Assembly (NCBI GenBank): GCA_027064425.1
Contig: JAMOPO010000027.1
Span: 1 to 64,000 of the forward strand
Reading direction: 5' to 3'
DNA from: Methanobacteriota archaeon
GTDB lineage: Archaea; JAADCQ01; Methanopyri; Methanopyrales; Methanopyraceae
DNA: 64,000 nt
The notes below the pieces were generated by a model. The model made no database searches, had not been told where the DNA came from, and was given only the letters and a program-made list of their open reading frames with translations. Of the stretch, positions 47,037-55,516 are shown one piece after another. The translations under genes and the position numbers were made by a program. Numbering within the stretch: position 1 is the stretch's first letter; each line of letters starts with the position of its first letter.

Positions 47037-49715
47037 GTGGCCCGCGTGGGGCCGGTAATCCTCGCGGCGTTGGCCGCTTTGTTGGCGCTCACGGGCGCCT
47101 CGGCGGCGGCGCCGCTGTCGGTTAGCCAGTCGGACGTGGTCAGGGGAGTCGTCGAGTGGGAGCTCAGCAAGGGTGTCTTCACGCCGGTGTACAGGCAGCT
47201 GGAGATCACCTCAGAGGCCGCCGTATCCAACCCGTCGACCAACCAGAAGACCTACGATGTGGTCCCTGTGGCGCGGTCGCCGTCGCTGACGGGTTTCCAG
47301 ATGCTACAGGACCCGAACGCGCAGGTGCAGGTAGCGCAGCTCAGCGACAAGGTGGTCGGTGAAACTTACGTTAAGCTGTCGCCCGGAAGCCAGGCGGCGG
47401 TCGGCTACCGGCTGGTTTGCGTCAGCCCGACCGAGGGTGAGTGGGGTCGGGTCGCTCCGGTAGTGAAGTACGACATCATGGTCAACGGAGCCCCGTGGTT
47501 CCAAACGCAGGTGTCGGGCGCCGACACCATCGCGGAGGTGATCGAGATCGCCAACCACGGCGTCCAGGTGTGGGTCGACGACGAGCAGGGAGGCACGCAG
47601 CAGGCCGGTTCGCTCTACAACCTGATGGTGCTGGTCCCGGTTGATCAGCTCTACCAGCTCAGGCAGGCCCTCGGAGTCGACTACGAGGTCACACTGTCCG
47701 TGGCCGAGAACCCGTTGAACGGGACGATCCCGAGCAATCTGCAGCCGACGGCTAGGGTCACCGTGGACGCGAACGGGAACCCGACCATCACCTTCGACCT
47801 GGACGGTGACGGCGCCTCGGACTCGTGCCTGATGATCTACACCCTGAATGGCGTTCAGTACCTGACGATCGGTGTCGACACGAACGGTGACGGTGCGGTG
47901 GACGAGCCCGCGAAGTACGCGGTGGACCCGGACTCGAAGCTCGGCGTTCGGGTGATGTACCAGCTGTCCTCGGCGCCCTCGCAGGCCGCGACGGCGCTGC
48001 TGCCGGACGTGTACCTCGAGTACGAGTACGCGTACAAGGACTCCTCAGGCAACTACGTAACGAGCGGGGTCACCGTCACCCCACCGTGGTACGTGGCCGT
48101 GCGGCCCGACGAGCTGATCGAGGTCTCGTGGGTCGGTGAGCCGCTGCAGGTGCCGTCGAACGGTGATTGGGGCAGCGTGGACTGGCAGGTCGTGCCGAGG
48201 GTGCGGAACCTGGCGGAGTTCGGGGTCTACCTGCAGCAGGTCAACGTTTACGGACTGTCGAGCGCGGACCTAGTCAACGGGTGGACGCTGGTGCAGTCGT
48301 TCTCGTTCAACCCGCCGAGCGACGGGCTGATCCCGGCCGGTGGTGAGTGGGTCGGGGAGGCCGTAACGATCAGCCCGGCGTCGAGCCCGATCTACGGCAG
48401 CGCGGTGTACTGGAAGATCGAGGTGCAGCTGGGCAACCCGCTGCTGGGTCAGGAGGTGGAGCTGGACAAGACCCGGGCGGCCACCGGTGAGGTCGTGGTG
48501 AAGGGTGTGGCACTACCGGTCGTGCCGCAGGGCGTCCCGGCGGTCTTCGGGCTCTCGGCGTACACCGAGCCGACGAGCGTGCAGCCGGGCACGCGGACGG
48601 TGACGTTCCACTTCAAGTTGGGCGTGGACGGGTCCGCACTGACGTCCGACTCGGTGACCGTCTCGATCTCGATCCCAACCCAGACGGCCCTGGGCGGTTC
48701 GGCCAGCTACGTCGCCGGGAGCGTGAGGGTGTACGTGTACAAGGCCGTGCAGCACTCGAACGGCACGGTGAGTCTGGTGAGGGAGGACGTCACGGGCCAG
48801 GCCAGCATCACGGAGCCGTCGAGCACGAGCAACACGCTGACGATCACGCTCGGTCCGAGCCAGGACCTGGCGTCGGTGCGGTACATCGAGGTCGTGTTCC
48901 AGGTGAACGCCGACTTCCAGTCGGGTGACGCGTACACGATCTCGGACGCCACGGTGCAGATCGGTAGCGTGAGCTACGCGTTCCCGGAGGTTCGGGTAAC
49001 GTCAACCTACGTGCCCGACGTCCCGGTGATCTCGGGTGAGAAGACGAGCTCGGGCTTCGTGGTTGAGGCGAACGGGTTCGTGAGCCCGAAGACCGGTGAC
49101 TTCGGCATGCCGATGGTGGTCGTGGATTACGTGCCGATGGCCGACGTGAAGGACACTGATGGTGACGGGCAGCCGGACATCAACGCGTTCCTGCAGAACC
49201 TGAGCGTCACCGGCCGGTGGGGTCAGACGGACATCGCGTCAGCGGAGTACGTCGGGCAGGCGTCGACGGGAGAGTACATCCTGGCGCTGAAGGACGCGAG
49301 CGGGAACGTGCTGGCGTACCTCGCGGTGAAGGTGCTGGGCACGGTAACCATCGGCAACGTTGACTACTACGCCATCCTGCTGTACAGCGTGAGCTACGAC
49401 CCGAGCTCCGGCACGATCACCGGCGTCCGGAACATGCTGCCGAACACGCAGATTCAGGTGACCTACCCGAGCACGTACTACGACCCGAACGGCGTGCCGG
49501 TGCGGTACTGGGACGAGATCCGGCTGCTGATCGCCGTGGACCCATCGTCCATCCCGATGACCCACTCGGCCGGTGGACCAACGCTGAAGGTCAGGCTGCC
49601 AACGACGGAGGGCGCGCACCAGTACAGCATCACCAAGAAGGGCAAGCGGGCGGTGCCGGTGGCCATCGCGCTGCTGGGCGCGCTGATCCCGCTGATCGCC
49701 CGCCGGCGCTTCTAA
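47037..49715 (+). CDS. Large exported cell-surface (S-layer-like) protein
   Basis: Signal peptide; Ser/Thr/Val/Gly-rich; Dx(D/N)GDG loops; C-terminal TM helix + RRRF. Confidence 0.85.
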   Translation: MARVGPVILAALAALLALTGASAAAPLSVSQSDVVRGVVEWELSKGVFTPVYRQLEITSEAAVSNPSTNQKTYDVVPVARSPSLTGFQMLQDPNAQVQVAQLSDKVVGETYVKLSPGSQAAVGYRLVCVSPTEGEWGRVAPVVKYDIMVNGAPWFQTQVSGADTIAEVIEIANHGVQVWVDDEQGGTQQAGSLYNLMVLVPVDQLYQLRQALGVDYEVTLSVAENPLNGTIPSNLQPTARVTVDANGNPTITFDLDGDGASDSCLMIYTLNGVQYLTIGVDTNGDGAVDEPAKYAVDPDSKLGVRVMYQLSSAPSQAATALLPDVYLEYEYAYKDSSGNYVTSGVTVTPPWYVAVRPDELIEVSWVGEPLQVPSNGDWGSVDWQVVPRVRNLAEFGVYLQQVNVYGLSSADLVNGWTLVQSFSFNPPSDGLIPAGGEWVGEAVTISPASSPIYGSAVYWKIEVQLGNPLLGQEVELDKTRAATGEVVVKGVALPVVPQGVPAVFGLSAYTEPTSVQPGTRTVTFHFKLGVDGSALTSDSVTVSISIPTQTALGGSASYVAGSVRVYVYKAVQHSNGTVSLVREDVTGQASITEPSSTSNTLTITLGPSQDLASVRYIEVVFQVNADFQSGDAYTISDATVQIGSVSYAFPEVRVTSTYVPDVPVISGEKTSSGFVVEANGFVSPKTGDFGMPMVVVDYVPMADVKDTDGDGQPDINAFLQNLSVTGRWGQTDIASAEYVGQASTGEYILALKDASGNVLAYLAVKVLGTVTIGNVDYYAILLYSVSYDPSSGTITGVRNMLPNTQIQVTYPSTYYDPNGVPVRYWDEIRLLIAVDPSSIPMTHSAGGPTLKVRLPTTEGAHQYSITKKGKRAVPVAIALLGALIPLIARRRF

Positions 49716-49740
49716 ACCCCTCCCTTCTTATTTCCGGAAT

Positions 49741-49759
49741 CGTTACGAACCTCGTAACG
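49741..49759. repeat. 19-bp palindromic element, copy 5 (perfect arms)
   Basis: GAAT-CGTTACGA-ACC-TCGTAACG after a pyrimidine tract following the surface-protein stop. Confidence 0.85.
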
Positions 49760-49773
49760 GGGGAGCCCGGCCC

Positions 49774-50964
49774 TTGCCGCCCGCAGCCCTCGCCTTCCTC
49801 ACGGCCTTGATCGCGCTCTCCTCTCCGGTCTCGGCGTCAACGCCCCAGAAGGTGGACATCGTCGTTGACTCGGGGAGTGGCCAGCTCCCGGACCCGCGCT
49901 ACCTGAACTCCTACCCCAACACTCCCTCGTACGACTCCCGGATCATCGTCACCACCAAATCCGGGTCCGTCGTCTGGCGGTACTCCATCTACCTCGGCAT
50001 CGTGGACGGGCGGGGGGCGACCGCCCCGGCCCCGATGATCGTGGCCCGGGTGGACGAGGGTGCGGACGGGACCTGGGACGTCGTCCTGTTCGAGGGCAGC
50101 CCGCCGAACCCGACCGTGACGCTCCCTTACACGGCCGAGTACACCGTGCCGGTCGCCCTGGAGGTCCGGGCGGACGACAACGAGGGGGATGGCGACTACG
50201 ACGACGTGGACGTGATCCTCAAGATCACCGGCACCGGGATCACGGTGGAGTGGGTGAGCGTATCCTCGGGGGTCACCCCGTGGCTGGAGGTGAAGCCCCT
50301 CACCGTCAACGCCTCTTGGGACCCCGCGGGCGGGACGCTGAGCGTTGGCACGCCGCCCGCCTACCGGTTCTCACGGTCGACCGTGAGCGTCTCGTTCCGG
50401 GACGATGGAACGGTGGTCGGCGTGGACGCGCAGGGGAACCCCTCGTACTATGACGATCCCAACGTCAGCGGGGTGGCCCCGCCGTACCTCTCGAACTTCA
50501 AGGCGCTCGTGCTGATCCCCGCCCCGGAGAACGCGGCCTCCGTGGAGCTTCAGGGATCCTTCGTCGTAACGCGGACCATCAACGACGGGTCACAGACGTT
50601 GGATGAGGGAACGTTCGACGTGACCCTGCAGCCCGGTAGCTCGGTTCAGGTCACCGGCACCAACCAGGCGGCTCAGCTGACCTTCCAGCTGGAGGCGTTC
50701 TCGTCGGGCTACGCCATCCTGCTGATCACCATGTCCGCCGACTCGGGCGGCTCGGCGGTGTTCAGCTCGGGCGACAGGTACGAGCTGACGTTCTCCAGGG
50801 TAGTCGTCTACGACTCCTCGGGCAACGCCGTGGAGATCCCACCGGACCGGGTGCTAACGCTGGCTGTGATCTTCGGCGGCGCGCCCGGAGACCGGGCGAG
50901 CGTGCTACCGTTCTCGGTCGTCGGCCTCCTCGCCCTCGCACGCCTTCTTCAGCGATCGCCATAG
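49774..50964 (+). CDS. Exported beta-rich surface protein with C-terminal membrane anchor
   Basis: Signal peptide; DDNEGDGDYDD loop; hydrophobic C-terminus. Confidence 0.8.
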   Translation: MPPAALAFLTALIALSSPVSASTPQKVDIVVDSGSGQLPDPRYLNSYPNTPSYDSRIIVTTKSGSVVWRYSIYLGIVDGRGATAPAPMIVARVDEGADGTWDVVLFEGSPPNPTVTLPYTAEYTVPVALEVRADDNEGDGDYDDVDVILKITGTGITVEWVSVSSGVTPWLEVKPLTVNASWDPAGGTLSVGTPPAYRFSRSTVSVSFRDDGTVVGVDAQGNPSYYDDPNVSGVAPPYLSNFKALVLIPAPENAASVELQGSFVVTRTINDGSQTLDEGTFDVTLQPGSSVQVTGTNQAAQLTFQLEAFSSGYAILLITMSADSGGSAVFSSGDRYELTFSRVVVYDSSGNAVEIPPDRVLTLAVIFGGAPGDRASVLPFSVVGLLALARLLQRSP

Positions 50965-51855
50965 GCGGTCGAGGAGCTCGACGCGGTCCATGGACAGCTC
51001 CAGCCTCAGCCACTCGAGCCCGTGGGCGACCTTGCCGCGCAAGGTTGCGGCGTAGGGCTTCGAGTACGGGCAGTCCGCGTTGAACGGCTCGAGCCCGGTC
51101 TCCTCCGGGACGCGGGCGGTCCACTCCTCCGGGACCCGGACGATGGGTCGCACGATCGTCGTGGGAGGGAACTCGTAGTTGACGTACCTCGAGACCATCC
51201 CTTCGAGCCGCTCCTTCGGGGGCAGGAGCTTCACTCCCTCCCCCTTCACGGCCGTCGCGAGGGCGGTGATCACCGCGTCGTCCAGCGTGTGAGCCAGAAC
51301 GATCTTCTCCGAGCGCTCCCGGAGCTCGCGCCGGCGGATCAGCGAGCAGATCAGGCAGGGGGACTCGTCGTGCTCCTCGGCCAGCTCTCCCACGTCCTCG
51401 CGCGGTCGGACGTACTCCAGCTCCAGGCCTAGGCGCCGGCAGAGCTCCTCGCAGTGCCGCCGCCCCTCGCTCCCCCAGACCTCCTCGCCGTGAAGCCTGA
51501 CGTCGATCAGGACGGGGCGGAGCCGGAGGCCCAGCCGGCGGGTGAGGGGCTCCAGCACGAGCAGGCAGGTCAGGCTGTCCTTGCCGCCGCTGAACCCGAC
51601 GGCGACTTCCTCCCGAGGCTCGAAAAGCTCATACCTGGTTATAACGCGATGGGCCCGGACCGAGGCGCGCTCGAGGGTCTTGGACCGGACGATCGTTAGC
51701 CCCGCTCGCTCCAGCCTCCGGCGCCGGCGCTCCGTGAGCTTAGCCCGGCGGGGGTTTAGCGGCACTATCACGCCCTCCTCCAGCACCGCGACGTACCGGG
51801 CGTCCACTCCCACGTCCCGGAGCTCCTCGAGCACCTCCTCGCGCCGCAACGCCAC
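50905..51855 (-). CDS. PP-loop ATPase, TtcA/TilS-like
   Basis: SGGKDS, CLICSLIRR, AHTLDD, VRP, CPY. Confidence 0.8.
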   Translation of the reverse strand: MALRREEVLEELRDVGVDARYVAVLEEGVIVPLNPRRAKLTERRRRRLERAGLTIVRSKTLERASVRAHRVITRYELFEPREEVAVGFSGGKDSLTCLLVLEPLTRRLGLRLRPVLIDVRLHGEEVWGSEGRRHCEELCRRLGLELEYVRPREDVGELAEEHDESPCLICSLIRRRELRERSEKIVLAHTLDDAVITALATAVKGEGVKLLPPKERLEGMVSRYVNYEFPPTTIVRPIVRVPEEWTARVPEETGLEPFNADCPYSKPYAATLRGKVAHGLEWLRLELSMDRVELLDRLWRSLKKACEGEEADDRER

Positions 51856-51864
51856 GACCCCGGG

Positions 51865-52506
51865 GTGATCGTCTCGCTAACGATGCTACTGATGGCCGCG
51901 AACGTGGCCGCCTACGTGGTGACGATCGGGCCGGACGGGACCATCCGACCGGACGTCGCATGGGCCTACGGGCTGTACGCCGCGAACCTGATCTACCACC
52001 CGGAGTGCCTGATAACCCACATGTTCCTGCACGCCGGACCGCTTCACCTCCTGTTCAACATGCTGGGGCTGCTCACCTTCGGTCTGCAGCTTGAGCGGAT
52101 GCTCTCCCGGGGCGAGTACCTGTTCCTGTACCTCGCCTCCGGGGTCGCGGGCGGGCTGCTCCAGGTGGTGGTGACTCCGAACATCCCCACCATCGGCGCC
52201 TCGTCGGCCGTCTTCGGCCTGGTCGGGTGCCTGACGATGCTGCGGCCGATGAGCATGATCATGTTCTTCTTCGTCCCCATGCCGCTGGTCCTGTTCTCGG
52301 TCCTGTACGCGCTGGCGGCCGTGTTCGTGATCGAGTCGGGAGCGTTCACGCACGTGGCGCACGCCGGGCACCTCGGAGGCATGCTTGCGGGCGGGGCGCT
52401 GGCCCTGCTCTACCGGCCGCGGGAGGCGCTGAAGGGGCTCGCGGCCGTGTCGGTGGTGGTCCTCCTGCTCCTGGTCGGGTACTGGATGCTGGTGGGTGGA
52501 CCGTAG
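51865..52506 (+). CDS. Rhomboid intramembrane serine protease
   Basis: HMFLH..HLLFNM, GASSA, AHAGHLGG. Confidence 0.93.
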   Translation: MIVSLTMLLMAANVAAYVVTIGPDGTIRPDVAWAYGLYAANLIYHPECLITHMFLHAGPLHLLFNMLGLLTFGLQLERMLSRGEYLFLYLASGVAGGLLQVVVTPNIPTIGASSAVFGLVGCLTMLRPMSMIMFFFVPMPLVLFSVLYALAAVFVIESGAFTHVAHAGHLGGMLAGGALALLYRPREALKGLAAVSVVVLLLLVGYWMLVGGP

Positions 52507-52509
52507 GGC

Positions 52510-52521
52510 GAAATCTTTATG
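52510..52521 (+). promoter_or_regulatory. BRE/TATA promoter of tRNA-Ala
   Basis: GAAATCTTTATG. Confidence 0.65.
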
Positions 52522-52551
52522 CTGGTCCACGCCCGGGTGCCGCCTGGAGGA

Positions 52552-52628
52552 GGGCCCGCAGCTCAGCCTGGTAGAGCGCGGCCCTGGCGCGGCCGTGGCC
52601 CCGGGTTCAAATCCCGGCGGGTCCACCA
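52552..52628 (+). tRNA. trnA: tRNA-Ala(GGC); C8; G3:U70; encoded CCA
   Basis: GGGCCCG-C8-AGCTCAGCCTGGTAGAGC-G-CGGCC-CT-GGC-GC-GGCCG...CGGGTCC-A-CCA. Confidence 0.95.
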
Positions 52629-52638
52629 AGCCGCGAAT

Positions 52639-52657
52639 CGTTATGAATCTCAAAACG
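52639..52657. repeat. 19-bp palindromic element, copy 6, 3' of tRNA-Ala
   Basis: GAAT-CGTTATGA-ATC-TCAAAACG-AT. Confidence 0.8.
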
Positions 52658-52666
52658 ATCCGGGGC

Positions 52667-52680
52667 GAAAGACTTAATAA
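52667..52680 (+). promoter_or_regulatory. BRE/TATA promoter of tRNA-Ile
   Basis: GAAAGACTTAATAA. Confidence 0.7.
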
Positions 52681-52715
52681 TTGGATCCGAGAGCGGGCCG
52701 CATGGAGCCGCGGCA

Positions 52716-52793
52716 GGGCCCGCAGCTCAGCCAGGTCAGAGCGCGGGGCTGATAACCCCGAGGTCCCGGGTTCAAATCCCGGCGGGCCCACCA
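52716..52793 (+). tRNA. trnI: tRNA-Ile(GAT); C8; encoded CCA
   Basis: GGGCCCG-C8-AGCTCAGCCAGGTCAGAGC-G-CGGGG-CT-GAT-AA-CCCCG...CGGGCCC-A-CCA. Confidence 0.97.
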
Positions 52794-52801
52794 GCTCGGA
52801 T

Positions 52802-52820
52802 CGTTACGAGAATCGTAACG
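52802..52820. repeat. 19-bp palindromic element, copy 7 (perfect arms), 3' of tRNA-Ile
   Basis: GGAT-CGTTACGA-GAA-TCGTAACG. Confidence 0.85.
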
Positions 52821-52834
52821 TTCGGGTGATCCCC

Positions 52835-54007
52835 GTGTCCCGGCGGGTCGAGCTGGAAGGGTGTCGGACGTGTGGGTACTGCTCGCAGGTTGTGGACTGC
52901 CCCGCCGGGGATCCGCTCTGGAGCCGGGAGGAGTGCTACGGGTGCGGGGCCTGCGTACCCGCCTGCCCCCACGAGGCCCGGAAGCTCGTTGAGGTGGAGC
53001 GCGAGCCCATCGAGATCGTGGTGGACGGGGAGCGGGTCGAGGTGGAGGCCCGGTCGGTGGAGGAGGCGCTGCGGGAGCTGGGCAAGGAGGTGGACGCCCC
53101 GTGCGGCGTGGGCGGCTGCTACGCGTGCGCGGTGGAGGTGAACGGGGAGCTGCGTCCCGCCTGCAACACTGGGCTGGGGGAGGGTGACGAGATCCGGACG
53201 GAGGGTGTGCGCCGGGACGTGCGCGTGGTGAGCGGCTTCCAGCCGCACGGGGTGGGCGGCGTCGGCACGCCCGTGGAGCTCAAGGATCGCCCGGGCCCGG
53301 TGGAGGCGGCCTGCTTCGCCCACGGCTGCAACCTGCGGTGCCCGCAGTGTCAGAACCACGCGATCGCCTTCGGGGCGGCGTCCGGGGCTCGGATGACCGC
53401 GGAGGAGGCCGCGAGGCTGGTGGTGGGCACGGCCCGGGAGCACGGGCTGGATCGGGTGGCGATCTCGGGCGGTGAGCCGACGCTGAACCCGGACTTCCTG
53501 GTGGAGTTCGTGCGGAGGTGCCGGGAGCTGGAGCCGAACGTGCGGGTGCACGTGGACACGAACGGCACGGTTCTGACCCCGGAGTACGTGGACCGGTTGG
53601 TTGAGGCGGGGATGACGGACATCGGGATCGACATCAAGGGGTTCCGGCCGGAGACGTTCGCCCGGATCGCGGGCGTGGACGAGGAGCGGGCGGCGGAGTA
53701 CCTGGACAACGTGCTGCGGATCCTGGAGTACCTGGCGGACGAGTACCTGGGCGAGGGGCTGTTCGTGGGCGTGGGGATCCCGTACAACCCGAAGCTCGTG
53801 GACAAGGAGGAGGTCTTCGCGCTCACGGACTGGCTGCACGCTCACGTGGGCGAGGAGCTGCAGGTCTGCTATCTGGACTACCGGCCGGAGTTCCGGCGTC
53901 GGGATCTCCCGCTGCCCAGGTATGAGGACATGGTGGAGCTGGAGGAGTACGCGCGCTCGCTGGGGTTCAAGCGGGTTCACGCGCAGAAGGTCTCGGTGCG
54001 AAGGTAG
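52835..54007 (+). CDS. Radical SAM protein (PFL-activating-enzyme-like) with N-terminal ferredoxin-type domains
   Basis: CRTCGYC, CYGCGACVPACP, CGVGGCYAC, CNLRCPQCQN, SGGEP, DTNG. Confidence 0.88.
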   Translation: MSRRVELEGCRTCGYCSQVVDCPAGDPLWSREECYGCGACVPACPHEARKLVEVEREPIEIVVDGERVEVEARSVEEALRELGKEVDAPCGVGGCYACAVEVNGELRPACNTGLGEGDEIRTEGVRRDVRVVSGFQPHGVGGVGTPVELKDRPGPVEAACFAHGCNLRCPQCQNHAIAFGAASGARMTAEEAARLVVGTAREHGLDRVAISGGEPTLNPDFLVEFVRRCRELEPNVRVHVDTNGTVLTPEYVDRLVEAGMTDIGIDIKGFRPETFARIAGVDEERAAEYLDNVLRILEYLADEYLGEGLFVGVGIPYNPKLVDKEEVFALTDWLHAHVGEELQVCYLDYRPEFRRRDLPLPRYEDMVELEEYARSLGFKRVHAQKVSVRR

Positions 54008-54028
54008 CGGGGGCGAGGCCTCCATAGA

Positions 54029-54099
54029 CCCCCGATGACGAAAGGGTAGGTTGCCGTAGCCGGCCCAGCGATGCGGAGAGCCGTCCCGACCAGAGGGGG
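54029..54099 (+). ncRNA. C/D-box sRNA candidate
   Basis: CCCCC-G-ATGACGA-AAGGGTAGGTTG-CCGT...ATGCGGA-GAGCCGTCCCGAC-CAGA-GGGGG. Confidence 0.6.
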
Positions 54100-54106
54100 T
54101 CCCCGG

Positions 54107-55516
54107 TTGCCCGTTCACCCCATCGAGTCCCGGTACGGGTCGGACGAGCTGCGCGAGGTCTTCTCGGAGGAGAACAAGGTGGCGAAGATGCTCGAGGTTG
54201 AGGCGGCGCTGGTCCGGGCGCTCTCCGAGAGCTTCGACTTCGTTCCGGAGGAGGCGGCGGACGAGGTCGAGCGCGTGGTGGAGGAGATCACGGGGGACGA
54301 GGAGGAGCTGCGGCGGTTCGTGGAGCGGGTGAAGGAGATCGAGGCGGAGATCAAGCACGACGTGATGGCCCTGGTTCGGGCGCTCTCCGAGCGGTGCGAG
54401 GTCGCGGGCGACTACATTCACCTCGGTGCCACCAGCAACGACATCATCGACACCGCGCACGCGCTGATCCTCCGGGATGCGATCCGGATCGTCTACCGGA
54501 AGCTGCGGAGGCTGGCGGAGCTGCTCGCGGACCGGGCGGAGGAGTACGCGGATCTGCCGATCGTGGGCCGAACGCACGGCCAGCACGCGGTCCCGACGAC
54601 GCTGGGGATGAAGTTCGCGATCTGGGCGAGGGAGGTCGTCCGCCACCTTAGGCGGCTTCGGGAGTGCGCCGAGCGGGTCCTGGTCGGCCAGCTCTCCGGC
54701 GCGGTGGGAACGATGGCCGCGCTGGGTGAGAAGGGGCCCGAGGTGGAGCGTCGGGTGATGGAGCTCCTGGGCCTGCGCCCGGTGACGGTCTCCAACCAGG
54801 TCATTCAGCGGGACCGGTACGCCGAGCTGATCTCGCTCCTGGCGCTGATCGGGAGCACGCTGGACAAGATCGCCCGGGAGATCCGGCACCTGCAGCGCAC
54901 GGAGATCCGGGAGCTGGAGGAGCCGTTCGACCCGGAGAAGCAGGTCGGATCCTCCACCATGCCTCACAAGCGCAACCCCATCCGCTCCGAGCGGGTGTGC
55001 AGCCTGGCCAAGGTCCTCCGGTCCAACGTGCAGGTGGCGCTCGAGAACGTGCCGCTGGAGCACGAGCGGGACCTCACGAACTCCGCCAGCGAGCGGGTGC
55101 TGTTCCCGGAGCAGTTCCTGCTCCTGGATGAGATGCTGGACCTGACGATCACCAACCTGGAGGGCCTCCGCGTCAACGAGGAGAACATCCGCCGCAACCT
55201 GCGCCTGACCAAGGGGCTCAACATGGCGGAGGCGCTGATGGTCGAGCTGGTCAAGCGCGGCATGGGCCGGCAGGAGGCGCACGAGCTCGTCCGGCGGCTC
55301 GCCATGAGGGCCTGGGAGGAGGACCGCGAGTTCCTGGAGGTCGTCCGCGAGGAGGAGCGCGTCCTGGAGCTGATCCCGGAGGACGAGCTGACCGAGATCC
55401 TGGACCCGGAGCGCTACCTAGGAGTGGCCCCGGAGCTGGCGCGGGAGGCGGCGGAGAGGACCCGCCGGGACCTGGAGCGGCTGGAGGAGGAGTTCGACGA
55501 TGTCCTCGGCGCCTGA
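54107..55516 (+). CDS. purB: Adenylosuccinate lyase
   Basis: PIESRYG, KHDV, GATSND, GRTHGQHA, GSSTMPHKRNP. Confidence 0.97.
   Translation: MPVHPIESRYGSDELREVFSEENKVAKMLEVEAALVRALSESFDFVPEEAADEVERVVEEITGDEEELRRFVERVKEIEAEIKHDVMALVRALSERCEVAGDYIHLGATSNDIIDTAHALILRDAIRIVYRKLRRLAELLADRAEEYADLPIVGRTHGQHAVPTTLGMKFAIWAREVVRHLRRLRECAERVLVGQLSGAVGTMAALGEKGPEVERRVMELLGLRPVTVSNQVIQRDRYAELISLLALIGSTLDKIAREIRHLQRTEIRELEEPFDPEKQVGSSTMPHKRNPIRSERVCSLAKVLRSNVQVALENVPLEHERDLTNSASERVLFPEQFLLLDEMLDLTITNLEGLRVNEENIRRNLRLTKGLNMAEALMVELVKRGMGRQEAHELVRRLAMRAWEEDREFLEVVREEERVLELIPEDELTEILDPERYLGVAPELAREAAERTRRDLERLEEEFDDVLGA

Noticed and set aside
50905-50964. 60-bp tail-to-tail overlap as a regulatory feature
   Set aside because: Short convergent overlaps are common in this compact genome; no further evidence.
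32020-52820. Palindrome copies as a CRISPR array, IS ends or att sites
   Set aside because: Copies are dispersed, with no spacers, transposase, integrase or duplicated tRNA 3' ends.
52496-52834. Apparent N-terminal extension of the radical SAM ORF
   Set aside because: It runs through two tRNA genes; the true start is GTG 52835 after a GGTGAT RBS.
54071-54106. ATG 54071 as the purB start
   Set aside because: It lies inside a C/D sRNA candidate; TTG 54107 gives the conserved N-terminus.
52772-55282. 836-aa minus-strand ORF and similar long antisense ORFs (e.g. 5630..6922, 21942..23318, 57071..58483, 59973..61601)
   Set aside because: Stop-poor shadow frames opposite well-supported genes in GC-rich DNA; no motifs.
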